Shown: one piece after another, positions 36,473 to 50,489 of the stretch | How positions within the stretch are numbered: position 1 is the stretch's first letter | Layout of the letters: each line of letters begins with the position of its first letter | Assembly (NCBI GenBank): GCA_040954595.2 | Contig: CM082576.2 | Coordinates: forward strand, 18,089,028 to 18,153,027 | DNA length: 64,000 nucleotides | DNA from: Balanoglossus misakiensis | Taxonomy: Eukaryota > Animalia > Hemichordata | Reading direction: 5' to 3' | The notes under the pieces: generated by a model | Databases searched by the model: none | Seen by the model: only the letters and a program-made list of their open reading frames with translations | Told to the model about the DNA's origin: nothing | Made by a program: the position numbers and the translations under genes

Positions 36473-39400
36473 TTGCAGAGATGTGGTGGAAGCCGTGTAT
36501 TAAACGCCGGGAGAACGCAGACATGTACGGAGGACTACCACGACCCTGTCAGTGCTTGGAAAGTTCAAGGCTCTCACATTCCCTGAGTGTCTGGAAATTT
36601 CCGACCACTGACCCTTGTCTGTGCTTGGAAATTTCTAAGCTCTCACATTCCCTGAGTGTCTGGAAATTTCCGACCACTGACCCTTGTCAGTGCTTGGAAA
36701 TTTCCAGGCTCTCACATTCCCTGAGTGTCCGGAAATTTCCGACCACTGACCCTTGTCAGTGCTTGGATATTTCTAAGCTCTCACATTCCCTGAGTGTCTG
36801 TGGAAATTTTCGACCACTGACCCTTGTCAGTGCTTGGAAATTTCCAGGCTCTCATATTCCCTGAGTGTCTGGAAATTTCCGACCACTGACCCTTGTCAGT
36901 GCTTGGAAATTTCCAGGCTCTCACATTCCCTGAGTGTCTGGAAATTTCCGACCACTGACCCTTGTCAGTGCTTGGAAATTTCCAGACTCTCACATTCCCT
37001 GAGTGTCTGGAAATTTCCGACCACTGACCCTTGTCAGTACTTGGAAATTTCCAAGCTCTCACATGCCACTGACTCTTTCCAAGTATTTTAGCCGCAAAAT
37101 ATGGATTTGTCAATGAGCAGTGCTTATTTCCTAAAATTCATACGAAATCCAACGGATTTGTGTGATACGGATATTAATCTAACAATTCTTGTAATAAATA
37201 TTGGGTTTCAGATTTACTTTTTGATGCTATTGTTTTTTCTGGCGAAATTTTACAAACAATTCACACACTTGCAAATTTTCAATAGAAATATTACTCATGA
37301 TAAACATGGAGACAAAATTTCATTAGAAAAAAATCAAAAGGACTGTCATGTACGTGGCTTTGAAGGAGACTCAGTTTTTTCACAGATAAATTTTAATTTT
37401 AGTTTAAAGCCAAAATATGACAAAATGCATTTTTCCTGCTGTACAGCTGCAGGAAAGAGACTAAGAATACCATTATGTAATTTTTTCATTAGAAATTGGC
37501 AAAGAATGGGGAATATTTTCATAAATTTCTAACTTTTTCAGCAGTAATTATGTAAAAAAGAGGTTTTTCGGAAATTGGAAAATGTTTTCTATACTGTTCA
37601 ATTATTTTTTTCATTCATGCATAAGAAATAGATCACTAATCGAAAAATTAAAATTAAATCATAATACTTAACAACAGGGTTCGGCCTTAATGTCAAAATT
37701 ACTCTATTCTATAAATAGCTCTCAACGGTTAGATTTTTTGAAAGTAAATTCTTGCTGATGGTTGGAATACTTAATTTTCAATCTCAGATTCTGTGAAAAT
37801 ATTACAAAATAATACAGGATAAAGTCGATGGCGTTTTAATTGTCACTAATGCATTCTATACGTCCCCTGGAGGTAACCCAGGGAGATTCCTGAAAGAACC
37901 AGTGTCCCATTGTGAAGGTTGTCTATGGGAGGAAACTGATGGGCAGGCCTAGGGCTTTAGTTTTCCAGCTGAAAAATTAATGCGTTTCGTGTTTATTTAT
38001 CTGTGATGTGCCTAAAGTACCCCACACCTTCCGTTTCTACAGTCAACTTGTCGTCATATTTCATTTTTCTAAAATTGTGAAAAGAACACAAAACAATTTA
38101 AATTTGCTTCTCCAAGAACATTTTACTTCTGTTCTACAAAATAAAGGGGAAAAAATGTGTCATTTGTCTGTCGATGTTTAAAGGGGCAATTTTCAATCCC
38201 TGGTTTTCGCATTAGTAGGTGCTCCTCCTAGTCAAACATTAGGCTAGTTGCGATGTTTAACTTACAGTACGTTAAAAACACACTCCAATCACAACAGTTT
38301 ACCACCATAGCTAATCCTATAAAGGGTGCTAGGTATTACAGATAACGATAACGTGCCATGGTCTAGCTGCACACGAGTACAGTATAGACTGTTTACGGTC
38401 AACTGGAAAGCAAGAGGCCGATCGCTCTAACCACTTCGACGCTCAATTCTCCCAAGCAATTGTGATTGGAGGCGCAGCCGGCAGCATGCAAAACAGTCAT
38501 CCTGCATGCATGACCGGCTACCGTACCACGCGTTGGTCAATCCACTTGCGCACGGCTGGGGCGGCTCGGCACAGGCCTGTCTATAATTTTCCTATCAACT
38601 TGAGAGCGGATCGCTACTCAAAATAGGCGTTGAAATGTATGAATTCGCGATCATCAAGTTTACAGATCGACATCGATACAAACCCAGTTCAAGCTAGACT
38701 GATCCCCGGAAATGAACGATGCGAAAATGTCCGCATTGTTTTAATAGCTGACAATCGCGATCGTGGCGTCGGTAATTTTTGAAGGGAGCTCAGATGCTTG
38801 TCGAAAATTCCACATGAAAGGAATACAAGTCGAATTACCAAAACTATAAATGATTGGCAGCATGTCTTGATACTTGGTGCGTCATGATTTGCAGGTAGAA
38901 AGTCCTATCTATTGCTATTGCGACATGGGCCTATAGGCGCGGCTATATGCACTCGTGAAGCTGTCACGCCCGTGTACAGCAGCACGCACGCTCAGGCACA
39001 GTTACGTTAGCATTCAAATATCCAGATGACGGGCAACTTCAATAGCGTGGAGGCATTATACCTGATACATGGTACGTGTTTGGCGGTTTTTAAAATAAAA
39101 ACATACTCGGAAAAATCTTTTACTGAATGGCGAAATATTGCTTGCCCGTCACTTGGAAATGACAACGCCGTGGGTCACATGGCCAGATCACGTGATTGAT
39201 AGTAAAACAATTCTTTGACTGACTTTCTGCGTTTCCGTACGTTTCGATATTTCATCAAATCCGGGCATCACTGAAGTCAAGAGTCCGTTTAAGGTTTTTT
39301 TAAGAGACGACATTATTGTACATATTATAATGCGATACATCTTTATTTTTGGCAGTTTTCTTTGAGTGGTGATTGTTTTTGACAAAAATGAATGGTACAT

Positions 39401-39619
39401 TAAAATAACACCAAAGTCATATCCTCGGGTGTGTAGTGTACGTCTTTATTCACTTTTATATGTGAGTATGTGTGCCTGTGTAATGATTTGTGCATTTCGT
39501 TTTATTTTTTTATTACGAAGTGTTTTGGTGATTACGGTAGTTCTCTTTTTGAAGGATGTGGTGGCCCTGATAAGGGCCGTTTGGTATGTGTATGCACTAG
39601 AGCATACGTCTCTGGGTTT

Positions 39620-42600
39620 CTACAGAGAGGCACTAAAAACTTCTTCGACAAAACGCCTCCACACATTGGTCCTCCAACGACTTGTTTTTTCCGTCAATTC
39701 CCTGCGCTCAGACCTCCTCCAGTACTGCCTTCCTCGCCGACTCCTCCTGGTATTGGTTGACGGCCGGTCTACATTCTCATTCTGGAAATTAGACAGTGTT
39801 CAAGTAACAGTTTCAATAAACTGCGAAACTAACACCACTTTCGCTTCTGCGTCATATTTTATTGTTTTGTCAGTGATAAGCTTGCACAGAAACATTGTAA
39901 ATTATCATGGGGAACACATGAACACACTCGGAAATAAAATAAAACTTACCCAGTCCAGACAGGTGAGATCACTCCTAAATTTATAGGAGTTTTTTTAATG
40001 GGATGCGCAACATTGTTGAAGCTCTCAACATAGTGTGTGTCTTTACACTAGAATGGAAAATAAAATAAAATCTTTACAAAGAGTAGAGACTTTGGTTTTC
40101 CATAATCGTGTCTGCATATAGCTGACAAAAACTACAGCATAATCTCGGTACAAGAAAGCCTGAGAGAAATACTGCTATGCTCTATCTGCTGCATGGTGGT
40201 GTTCAAACACTTCACATTGTAACTACATGTACCTGTATTCTGAAATCGTGTTTCAAGCTAAACATTGTCATTCAATACACATAGCTAAGCACACCTTCAT
40301 TTACCTCATGCTATGTAATACTTAAAAAACTCACATCAACATAATTATCTGGCTTCTTGTACAGCTGCGTCTTTCTAACATCATGCCTCAGGAGGTCAGC
40401 TGCTTTCGATTGCCTGATTGGGCGGAACGATGCTTCGTAATTCGCGCTATTCCGACACCTCGATTTTGGGTCACACCCAGCGTGATTATCCTACAGATCG
40501 AAAAGATAACATGTACCGTCTATTTGATGGAAATGAAGAAGCACAGTCACGGTTTTGTCCTGATGTTGGCATCCACAGATAACTTTAAAAGAATGTGTGA
40601 TGGCGATGGTTACATTTTCAACTATTTTATTTAATCAAAAAAGTTATTTTTGTTTCATTCAAAGGTAATTACCTGATAATGAGCGACAATATTGTCTAAT
40701 TTTTTTCGGATTAGCGCCGCTGCTTCGGTTCGTGCCCGGGTTGTGTTGCCATTGTCCAGAAGGTGTTGTTTTGCCCGTGTCATGGCCCAGTAGCAATGTG
40801 TCTTTACATTGTCCCCTGTGGAGAGGTGAACACATATTTGAATTTGTAATAATTGTTATCACAAACGAAATGGCTTTACGTTTAATATCTCCATTTTCAA
40901 AGCTGCATAAGAGAAAAAAAAATATTCAACGCATAAAACTGAACATGAAACAGAAATAGTCCATGGGCCAGACAGGAATTTGGTATCAGAAAGATGGACA
41001 AAGCCTCACATGGTTTTTTGGAAAGGCCTATATCTCTAGATTATAAATTGGGGTGATAGCCCTGCCTATCGAGTAGCTTTCTGCATTTTTTCCCTCAAAA
41101 ACTAATGTAAGAACCTAAAAATTTCCGACCCAAATTTTGGGGGTAGGGGAACTTTAAATTGCTGTAACTCCAGCAAAACTAAAGCCAGAACAGTCATTTA
41201 CCACTTAAATTGTGTGTTTTTTAGAACTCTACCAATATAATATATTTTGGTGGTAATTCGTTTTGAATTGAGGTCAATAGAGGTCAAAAGGTCATGAAAT
41301 TTGGGTCATTCTGAAAATTTGTAGTATGACTATTTCTTGAACGATTTTTTTGAACTTAAGTCTTTAAATGTCATTTACAAGATAAAATACTCTCCCAGAA
41401 TCTATTTCAAACCAATAGAAAACCTTATTATTCATTTATGACCAGAAAAACACAAATAAAGAGAAACGACAGAAAGACATCCAATTTTCCACTCAGATTT
41501 AAGGGTAGGGGAAACTTAAGTTCTTGTAACTCCGGCAAAAATAAACCCAGAACAGTCATCTACCACTCAAATTGTGTGTTTTTTAGAACTCTACCAATAT
41601 AATATATTTTGGTGGTAATTCGTTTTGAATTGAGGCCAATAGAGGTCAAAAGGTCATGAAATTAGGGTCATTCTGAACATTTGTAGTATGACTATTTCTT
41701 GAACGATTTTTTTTGAACTTAAGTCTTTAAATGTCATTTAGAAGATAAAATACTCTCCCAGAATCTATTTCAAACCAATAAAAAACCCTATTATTCAATT
41801 ACGATCAGAAAAACACAAATACAGAGATACGGAAGAATGGCACAAGACTTCAGACCCTGTTATTGGGGTAGTAGTTGTAACTCCGGCAAAAATAAAGCCA
41901 GAAAAGTCATCTACCTCCCAAATTGTGTGTATTTTAGCACTCTAGCGATTGTATATGTATTTGTTGCAATTTTGTTTTGAATTTAGGTCAAAGAGGTCAA
42001 AAGATCACAAGATTTGGGTAATTTCGAAAAATTATGGTACGAACATTTCCCGCATTAATTTTTTAAACCCAAGTCTTCAAATGTCATTTATGAGATAAAA
42101 TACTCTACACGATTTTTTTTTCAGACCAATTGAAGACCTTATTATTCAATTACAATCAGAAAAAAAATTAGTAGAGAAACGGGATAATAACAAACAATTT
42201 CCCACGGTTTTGGGGGTAGGTTTGGCCATCTAACAGGTAAGTATACACCCAATTGATCATGCACATATGGTGTTTAGGAGAACGGATGTGCAAATTTGTG
42301 AACCTTTGCATGCTGCTCATGTGCACTGTACTTGTATGATGATTCCTAACAATACTACGAGAAGGGGCCATTAAGGCATTGTAGCTCTGATTGTGTATTA
42401 TTGTTGGATACCATCCTACAGTGTACAGGCACAGCAGATGACAAGCCAAGCAAACGTTCAAAAATCTGCTTATTTTTTCCCCTCGACACAATATGAGCAT
42501 GATCTATTTATATTCAGGTCCAGTATAATAAATAAAAAATGGCAAACCCATCTTCTATTCCACACAAGAGGGCTCGACGGGATTGTTTTCTCGACTGTCA

Positions 42601-45600
42601 TGAATCCGACCATAAAGCAAGCCTCGTCACTCTACAAGATCACGCCTCCTGGATAACTTTGCTGAATACAGCTAACATACAAAAATACAAACCAATTCAG
42701 GACCTCGCCATTGGTTTGGGCGAAGGTGAAATTCCTCAGGTGCAGTACCATCGGAAATGCCGAAGTCTCTTTACGATGAAAAAGGCTCTTGAATCTATCC
42801 TTTCTAAAGAGCAGTCGTCATCAACTGAGGGAACCAATACACTGGAACGTAAAAAAGAGGTCGAGCATACAAGGGTCTCGGTGTGATCACCTCCATATGA
42901 CTTGAACCTGCTTGAGCAAAATAGGCAAATGTGATCACACCGAGACCCTTGTATTGTATGCTCGACCTCTATTGGTTTGAAATAGATTCTGGGAGAGTAT
43001 TTTATCTTGTAAATGACATTTAAAGACTTAAGTTCAAAAAAATCGTTCAAGAAATAGTCATACTACAAATGTTCAGAATGACCCGAATTTCATGACCTTT
43101 TGACCTCTATTGACCTCAATTCAAAACGAATTACCACCAAAATATATTATTTTGGTAGAGTTCTAAAAAACACACAATTTGAGTGGTAAATGACTGTTCT
43201 GGCTTTAGTTTTGCTGGAGTTACAGCAATTTAAAGTTCCCCTACCCCCAAAATTTTGGTCGGAAATTTTTAGGTTCTTACATTAGTTTTTGAGGGAAAAA
43301 ATGCAGAAAGCTACTCGATAGGCAGAGCTATCACCCCAATTTATAATCTAGAGATATAGGCCTTTCCAAAAATCTATGTGAGGCTTTGTCCATCTTTCTG
43401 ATACCAATTTATGAAAAATCGGGTCCTGGCCCATGGACTAAAACTCGTAACCACAGATACCTGACCAAAAGTGAAAACTTAACTGCGATTGAGAAAACAT
43501 AAAATGTGTGTGATTTTACCTCTATCTGCAAGTTCAGGGTGCCAGGTTACGTTCATGTTTCGTTGTGTCCCCGTGGTTACTCGTTTCATCTCTCGGCCTA
43601 TTGCCTTGGTAACTGTAAAATAAAAACAAGCATTGATGTTACAGCGCCTCGCCCACGTGTACACGATGAAACAGAATCAATTAATGGTGCCTGGATTGAT
43701 GCAACTCTGCCTTGAAAACAAACCTGAATACACATATTCACTTTCAAATTATAAGTTTACAGATGATCAAAATTCGTCAGCTAAAAATGTATGTGACGTC
43801 CTTATGTACATGTACTAAATTGGAGTGTTTTTGCTGCTAAACCTTCCCCTGTCAAGTAAGAATGAAGCCTTACCATGCCATGTGTCGTTGCTGCTGATTG
43901 TATCTGGCCTTTCCTCTCGCAGGAATTTGTTTACAGACGCGTTGTTGTCGTGGCCGTGAACTAAAATTGGAACCCCTGTAAATGTAATCATTTGCAATAG
44001 CCGGTTGTCAGTGTGACATATTTTCTTGCATAGAATTATAATTATCGTTTTATATGTGGTCCATGTACATGCCTAAAGTTTTGTAAAAACATTTAGCAAG
44101 GATTTTACTGATACCGATGGGAAAGCACCGTGTTAATACTATGTTTTACCTTTTTCATCAGCCCAATTATAAAATCGCCTGATCCCAACCATCTCGTGTC
44201 TTTGGGAACACGGGTCATCGTGCTTCCTGACCAACTTCTTATGGATGCACTTATGGGTTCTAAAACAAAGACAAATAGTTACAAATAAAGTTAGTCGAAT
44301 TTAATCAAAAATTGCCATATATTACAATAACAGTATACGTCAAAGCATGTGGCATGTCAGTTCGGAGAAGTAGTGTTGATGCCAAACACAATACTCACTG
44401 TCAACAGAAATAGCGATGCGATTGAGTGCGTGTAAGGGTAACACATTACCATACATATAACCATCATTGCCATAGAGATGAAAAGTTGTTACATACATGT
44501 CACCAAGTACAACTATGTCAGAGTTTTGTGCATTCTTTCGTGTACCGTGTCGTGCATCGCTCATATTTTCAATCCCCAGCTTAATGGTGCGGTCTTCCGA
44601 TGCGATTTCCTGAAATTGGATTCAAAAACAAAATGTATTAGGCCTATATGAACACGCGGATAAAATGTGGCATGATAAAAATATCAAATAACATTTATTT
44701 AGTTGTTTTTGGGTGGTGAAATGTCATACCTCGTTTAATGCATCATCCATGGATTTGACCGCTTCATTGTGGATAGTTTGTCGGTACTTCTCAAAAACTG
44801 AATAAAAAAAACAGACAGACGAGAAATATTAGTGATGATTTGCCTACTTTATATGCCAGCACAGTCATGGGGTGACTGTGATGATGGTCGACAGTTAATA
44901 CATTTGGGAAAAAAAATTGTCTTGACATGTCTTTATATGCTGCAGTCATGTCTGTAACTCCATGGTCATACAATATATTGAAACAGTCTGAGAATCAATG
45001 TAAGTTGACCACACTAAAAGTAGGACTGATCACAAATAAATATAAAACTAGATAGTTTCAGCTATAAAAAAAGTGTAAGCTTACATTTCGTTCTATACTT
45101 GTCCTTCAACGACCCCATATTTGCACCGCTGGTTACAGTGTCATAAGTCCGCGTCCGTACGCCAGCTGACAACAACCCGTGTAACAATCTGTTGGATAAT
45201 GTTCATAGCATTTCAAAGTTACGACGCGAGAGCATATTACATTGACGTATTCTGGGTAAATAAAAGATGAAAAAACAATATAAGTCCGTATCGTACAATG
45301 TCACTGTATTTACACTTACCTGTAGTTGACGAGTAGTCTCCCGTTCGGTAAATACAGCGAAGAATTCCAATTGAATCCATGACCTTCCTCGCACTTGAAA
45401 CTGACCCTCCCCGGGTGGCCCATCATAGTCGTGCGCTTTGAGGCAAGAGTTCCTCGACATGCTCCGGAGTGTGATTCGACAGTTTTTACGAGGTTCTGGA
45501 CAGAGAGGGTCGTTGTCAAATACATCTGGTCATCAGTCCGTTCTATTGGACACCTCTGGTACACGGGTTTGTGGAAAGCACCTTCTTCTGGTTCGTCACG

Positions 45601-45858
45601 CATACCACCATCGCCGTTCGTTTCGTGACTCGTCAGGAAGAAATCAAGTACCGTTGATAACACGTCAAAATTTGTTGCCCTACCCTCCTTCATCAGAGTT
45701 CGAAGCTTTGAAATTTTACGTTGAATTGCTGTCTTATCTTCAGTAGTTGGGGCAACAAAATCAACATTTCCGCGGACAGTGTTATCCCGCACCCGACGTA
45801 TGTGACGATCCCTGATTGCTTCCCTAGTCATGGAAGGACAAATCTCTGAACCCGGCAT
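39620..45858 (-). pseudogene. Intron-rich Kolobok-like DDE transposase gene, 11 exons: 45858-45320, 45188-45085, 44797-44730, 44609-44497, 44259-44150, 43975-43874, 43612-43520, 40815-40673, 40490-40335, 40047-39950, 39781-39620
   Basis: All introns are GT-AG with compatible phases. Motifs: CEEGHGFNWNSS…VNYR, SDARHGTRKNA (D1), HDNNASV (D2), NDTWH (DxxH), WHPELADRGDNVKTHCYWAM, DTHYVESFNN (E) and LDWNENVDR. Exon 10 is 98 nt, a frameshift or deletion. Element ends were not found. Confidence 0.82.
40957..43440. mobile_element. Internally deleted Academ-type DNA transposon in intron 7 of the Kolobok-like gene
   Basis: TAG…CTA termini (tagtccatgggccag…ctggcccatggacta), 3-bp TSD AAA and ~460-bp TIRs. 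Three ~360-bp subterminal repeats lie on the left. The N-terminal transposase fragment at 42539-42886 has YHRKCRSLFT (YHxxC motif). Confidence 0.82.
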
Positions 45859-48717
45859 GTTTAAAAAAAACTCGAAAAATTAAAAAAATGTTGACTGAAA
45901 ATCTAAAAATATATCAAATTGTAAATAAAGAAAAACTGCAAATGTTTAGTTTTTTTAATTTTTTGTTGGTATTTTAAAAATGTTTTCCTGTTTTTTGGTT
46001 ACTTTTTCATGAATATGCGAATTAGATATTACATATTCATGAGCACACACGCATTGCCGAGCATAGGTGGTTTCCAAGGCTTCAGCCTCGTGGTTGCGTG
46101 GTTTCATGTGTGCATGGAGGTACTAGAGAGAAGGAGCGAGGACGGATTTTAAGCGGATTAACTCCCTTTCTTCTGAAGTGCGATAAGCTTCTTAAGTCTT
46201 TGTGTTTCTGTGTTGATAGCGTCCTTTGAACCCGCCCGCTTTGAACCGTTACCGCCGATTTTACAGTTAGGTTTGCAAGATCTACGGGGTAATATTTCTA
46301 TGATATTAAAAACACTATGCGCACATCGCGTACTACATATGCGTGGTGACTTTTATTTACATCTAGGGGTGAAGTTTACGCATCACCACTACCGGAAACG
46401 TGTCAGGCGGACGTCTTGGAAGACTTGTGGCGTTATTTTTCTTCTTTGTACAACCAAAAAGCATGATTTTGAAATGTATATTTTGAGTTTTTCGCAAACT
46501 TCCGCAAAAAACAATAAGTTCTTAGGTTTTCTTTGAAAACCAATCTTCCCGATGCAAGTATTTTTGTTCGCGTGGGATGGTGTGGGATGCCCGATAGTCA
46601 CCATTGTAATTGCTAGTGCAGAGACTTTTGGCACAGCAGTTTGATCTGGTTGAATATGCTAAATGTAAATCATGGAGACACGCCGCCAGCTATAATTTGT
46701 TTATCTACGCAAGCGCACAGCTTTTATGAACGCCTATCAGGTGATGAAAGGATGAGATCCTAATGATATCTGCAAACAGATTAAGACGCACATGGGGTTT
46801 ATAGGAAACAATAGCGTCCTCGCTCCTTCTCTCTAGTACCTCCATGATGTGTGGGCGGGCGTGGACCGAAACGGCGAGGTTTTGACGAAAATTCGGCAAA
46901 AAAATGTCAAAAATCTCCCCGTTTCGGTCCTTAAATGTGCCCAAAGCTCATAACACATTCAGAAAACGACGTTTGCGAGCGAATGGACAGAAGTAAAATA
47001 GTCTATGGTATCGCGACAGACATGTGCATCGTGTGGGCGGTACGCGGTACATCCGATTCATGTTGTTTTAGTCGATGCCTTCATTTCCTGCCAACGTAAT
47101 CGTCGGTGTAAGACTGCTTTTTACGGTAAACTGTACAATGAAGGTAAGTTCTTATCAGCTATTTTCGGATTGCATGTGATGCGAGTTTCGTTCGGTACGT
47201 GCGATCGATAGTATGGCATGCAGAGGACGGCCTAAGTATAATCTCATTCTGGGTCATAGCTGTGGTGTTTTCTGGCAATTTTTGTCTGACATTTTGCGGG
47301 CAATTTTCTGATCGACACGGAAAAAGAGTCCGTAAAAAGGAAAAGTACAATTAGCCAGAAAACACCTCAGCTGCAGCTATGGACCCACGCCACGCACAGT
47401 CTGACTTGGGCGGGAAAAACTTGTTTGTAATATTTTCCTGTGCAACTAGGCCATATGTTAATTACTTGTTTGTTAAGTCTTGTAACACTCCTTTGTCTCA
47501 ATTTATTGTGTAGCACACTGTTTCCAGTCTCCTTGTATTAATAAAGTGCAGGTGCAGGTGGTGTTTACAATGTGAGATTTGAACATTGCCAGGTTGGGGG
47601 TTGAAACCAAAGGGTCCCATTATTTTGGGAGAAGTGGTTCAACAACATTGTCAAGAAATGTGCATTTTTATGAGTGACAAATATAGATGATTGCCTTTCC
47701 ATCAAAATTCAAAACTACAAAGTTATTGTTTATTAAACTGACATATAACATTAGTATACGATATATTAAGAAAATGTCTGTGACAACATCAAGCAGAAAA
47801 TTGAAAGTCTCAGCCACAGTTCCAAGATTGGTTGTGACCACAGCCTGAACACAGACATACAAATGCCATGCATTTGGTACTAAATTTTGGTAGCAAATGA
47901 CAAGGAAAGAACATCTGATTTGGAATTAAATTATACAATGCAAACATTTGGATAAATTATTTACAGTAAATTAAACCACAACAAAATGAACTTAAATTCA
48001 CCAAAGTTAACAATATCTTGTATATTTACTCTGCATCAGAAGTCACAAAAATCTCCATGTCATTAGAAAAATATTCCATATTTCTGAATGTACGTGTAGT
48101 GTACAAAATATGTCCACACTGAGTAATCAAACTGCATGCACATACAGCTGGAAATACTTCACCTCTCAGGTATAATCAATATTCCAGCGTTTCAAAAAAT
48201 GTGTTGCCATTTTTGTTTGTTTGTACAATTTCAATATACGTTTATTTCTCTTGTAATCTTCCAAATTTGGTGCACAACCCCCATGATTTATGCAATATTC
48301 TTGTTCCCACTCTTTGATTGACAGCTTGGCTATTCTGTATGATTTCATCAGCTTTGTTCCTACTTTCACCTTAGCTTCTATATATTCATTTATTAACTTC
48401 ATATCATTGGGAAGGGCCTTCAAAGAATTTCGTGATTTATCAAATTATTTGACTTCTTATGTCTCTCCAAGGACAAATATCAGACTGTCCATCGTGGTTG
48501 AAGAAGTATCACTAACTTTACTCTGAGATTGATGACTCTTCATGTGTGGCTGTTATCTTTGCTGTTGATTTGGCAACTTATGATACTTGACTTGCCTGAA
48601 TGAAAACAAGAAAACAACATTAAGGTTTAACAGCAATAATAATGAGTTTTTCTTAAAGTGATTTCCTTTTGTGCCACTTAAACTGACCTGGGGTTCCACA
48701 AGGTCAACATGAAATAT

Positions 48718-49170
48718 TGAACACCTATTGCCTGGCCATGAGGGCCATAGCGGCCGTTTATTACACCCGAGGGGCTGTGAGTTACGAGAATCATATGCTA
48801 TTTCCCGAGGCCGCAGGCCGAGGGAAATAGCATCTGATTCTGGTAACTCACAGTCACGAGGGGGTAAAAACGGCTGCTATGGCCCGAATATAGGCCAGGC
48901 TATAGGTGTTTTATAATAAACCTCATGCTAACAGCTGGGAAAATCTTGCAATTTTTTCTTGAGGCTGGCAGACGACATCTTCAGTGGTGGCCATTGTGTC
49001 AGACGACGCGACGCTGATTGACGTGACCGAGTCTGCGCACTCACGCGGGTCACGTGACCGGTTTATATTTTTTCTGCTATTTCCCTAGCGGTTCATAGTC
49101 GATTCTATTTTCCTATCACGTGACGGATTCTGGCGAATCACGGCACAGTATTAGCATGAGGTATATTATA
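48718..49170. mobile_element. Crypton-like hairpin element in an intron of the RAG-like transposase; another family at ~59775-60234
   Basis: Long palindromes centred on cccgaggccgcaggccgaggg (and on ctcgcctgcggctcgtg at ~60150), with an adjacent shorter inverted repeat. Confidence 0.55.
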
Positions 49171-50489
49171 AATGTACATATATGTGGGTGTGTCATGTTT
49201 CATATCTTTTCCCACTCACACACATTTATCTTTCCTTTCTAAAATAAAATTGAAATGACTATCTCCTGCACTGTGACATAATTATGTGTTTGGAATGTGG
49301 GCTTGCAGATTTATTTGGAGATGGGGGGGAGGAAATAAGAATGAGTGGAACCTTGAAATGAACAATCCCATACATGGTAACTTCACTATAGTAATAGTTA
49401 CCTTCTTGAGTGCAGCAATTTTCCATACCATTGACTTCCATCCTTTCTGCTTCAACTGTCTCCTCAGTGTGCTCTGTTTCCAAATCACAGTCTGTCATGT
49501 TGATCTCTTCCCCTGTACTATGCTGTGTCTGTCTTGTATCTTCTATTGGTATACTGCAACGGGTCTCCTCAGCATTGCTACCATGTAATGTTATGTTCCT
49601 TTCAGGTACACTTGTCGGCTCGATGTCATTCATGTCCATGGTGATATCAGGGCAAGTATATCATCTTCTACTGAGAGGATGTGTTCATGGGAACCAGGAT
49701 TAATCAACAAGTCATGGTCATCATCATCTACACCAATTGGATGCTCTGGAATTTCCTCGGATTCTATAAGGTAGTATAAAATATTGACATTTTTTTGTAG
49801 TGCTTGTATTATATAGTGTTATTTCAAAATTTATTACTGTGATAGACTAATCATAATTCAAAAATACTTTCAAAAGTTCATTTAACTAAGCCGTTCCAGC
49901 CAGTATTTATGTCACTCCATTTTGCTAAATCAGGCGAGAAGCAACACATTTCGCCCATTAGATATACTTTCATTGAATTCATGTGGTATTGAAAGTTGAA
50001 CATGGCTGGGTATATATAGGTCAATTAATTTTGACAGGCTGAAGTGAAAGAAATTCATATTTTTGAAAGTAATGTTTCCCCCAAAATTATATGCATACAG
50101 ATGAAGTCACTTATTTGGTTTGACTGTGATGTAATATGCTCTTACGTCTGCTATCATCTTGAAAGCCTGTGACAGTGAGGCTACCACTTCTTTCATCATT
50201 GCTTTCATAGAGCTTTATCTTGTGGATTGGTAAAGCAATTGCTTCACTTCTTACTCTGTCCACACAATCTTACCAACACCTGTTGATATCACATTGTACC
50301 TTTTGCAGAGATTATGACCGCTGCAGATGAGGTCCTGGTTCCTATAGAAATAAACAGGTAAGGAGATTGATCAAACATTCTTTATATAACAGTTTACACA
50401 CAACACCAATGGCTAATGTAAGTACTATAATCTTGGACAATTTTTACAATATAATTTTCCAAAATAAATAAGGATTTGCATGCTGTTAA

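Larger units (their letters stand above)
34932..37598. mobile_element. 2667-bp TIR element with 4-bp TSD (CAAT) and inverted arrays of a 69-bp repeat
   Basis: A perfect 34-bp TIR, aacagtatagaaaacattttccaatttccgaaaa, is at both ends. CAAT lies at 34928-34931 and 37599-37602. Confidence 0.85.

Noticed and set aside
35175-37113. ORFs with 23-aa repeats (WKFPTTDPCQCLEISRLSHSLSV)
   Set aside because: They are by-products of a 69-bp tandem repeat (a multiple of 3), open on both strands.
39366-39986. 206-aa hydrophobic + strand ORF as a KolX-type partner gene
   Set aside because: It is antisense to the last transposase exons and AT-rich UTR or intron sequence, with no recognisable motif.
47395-47422. 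RSS-like cacagtc-N11/12-gaaaaact as the terminus of the RAG-like element
   Set aside because: No convincing inverted partner upstream of the gene (only actgtg near 54890) and no TSD, so likely chance.
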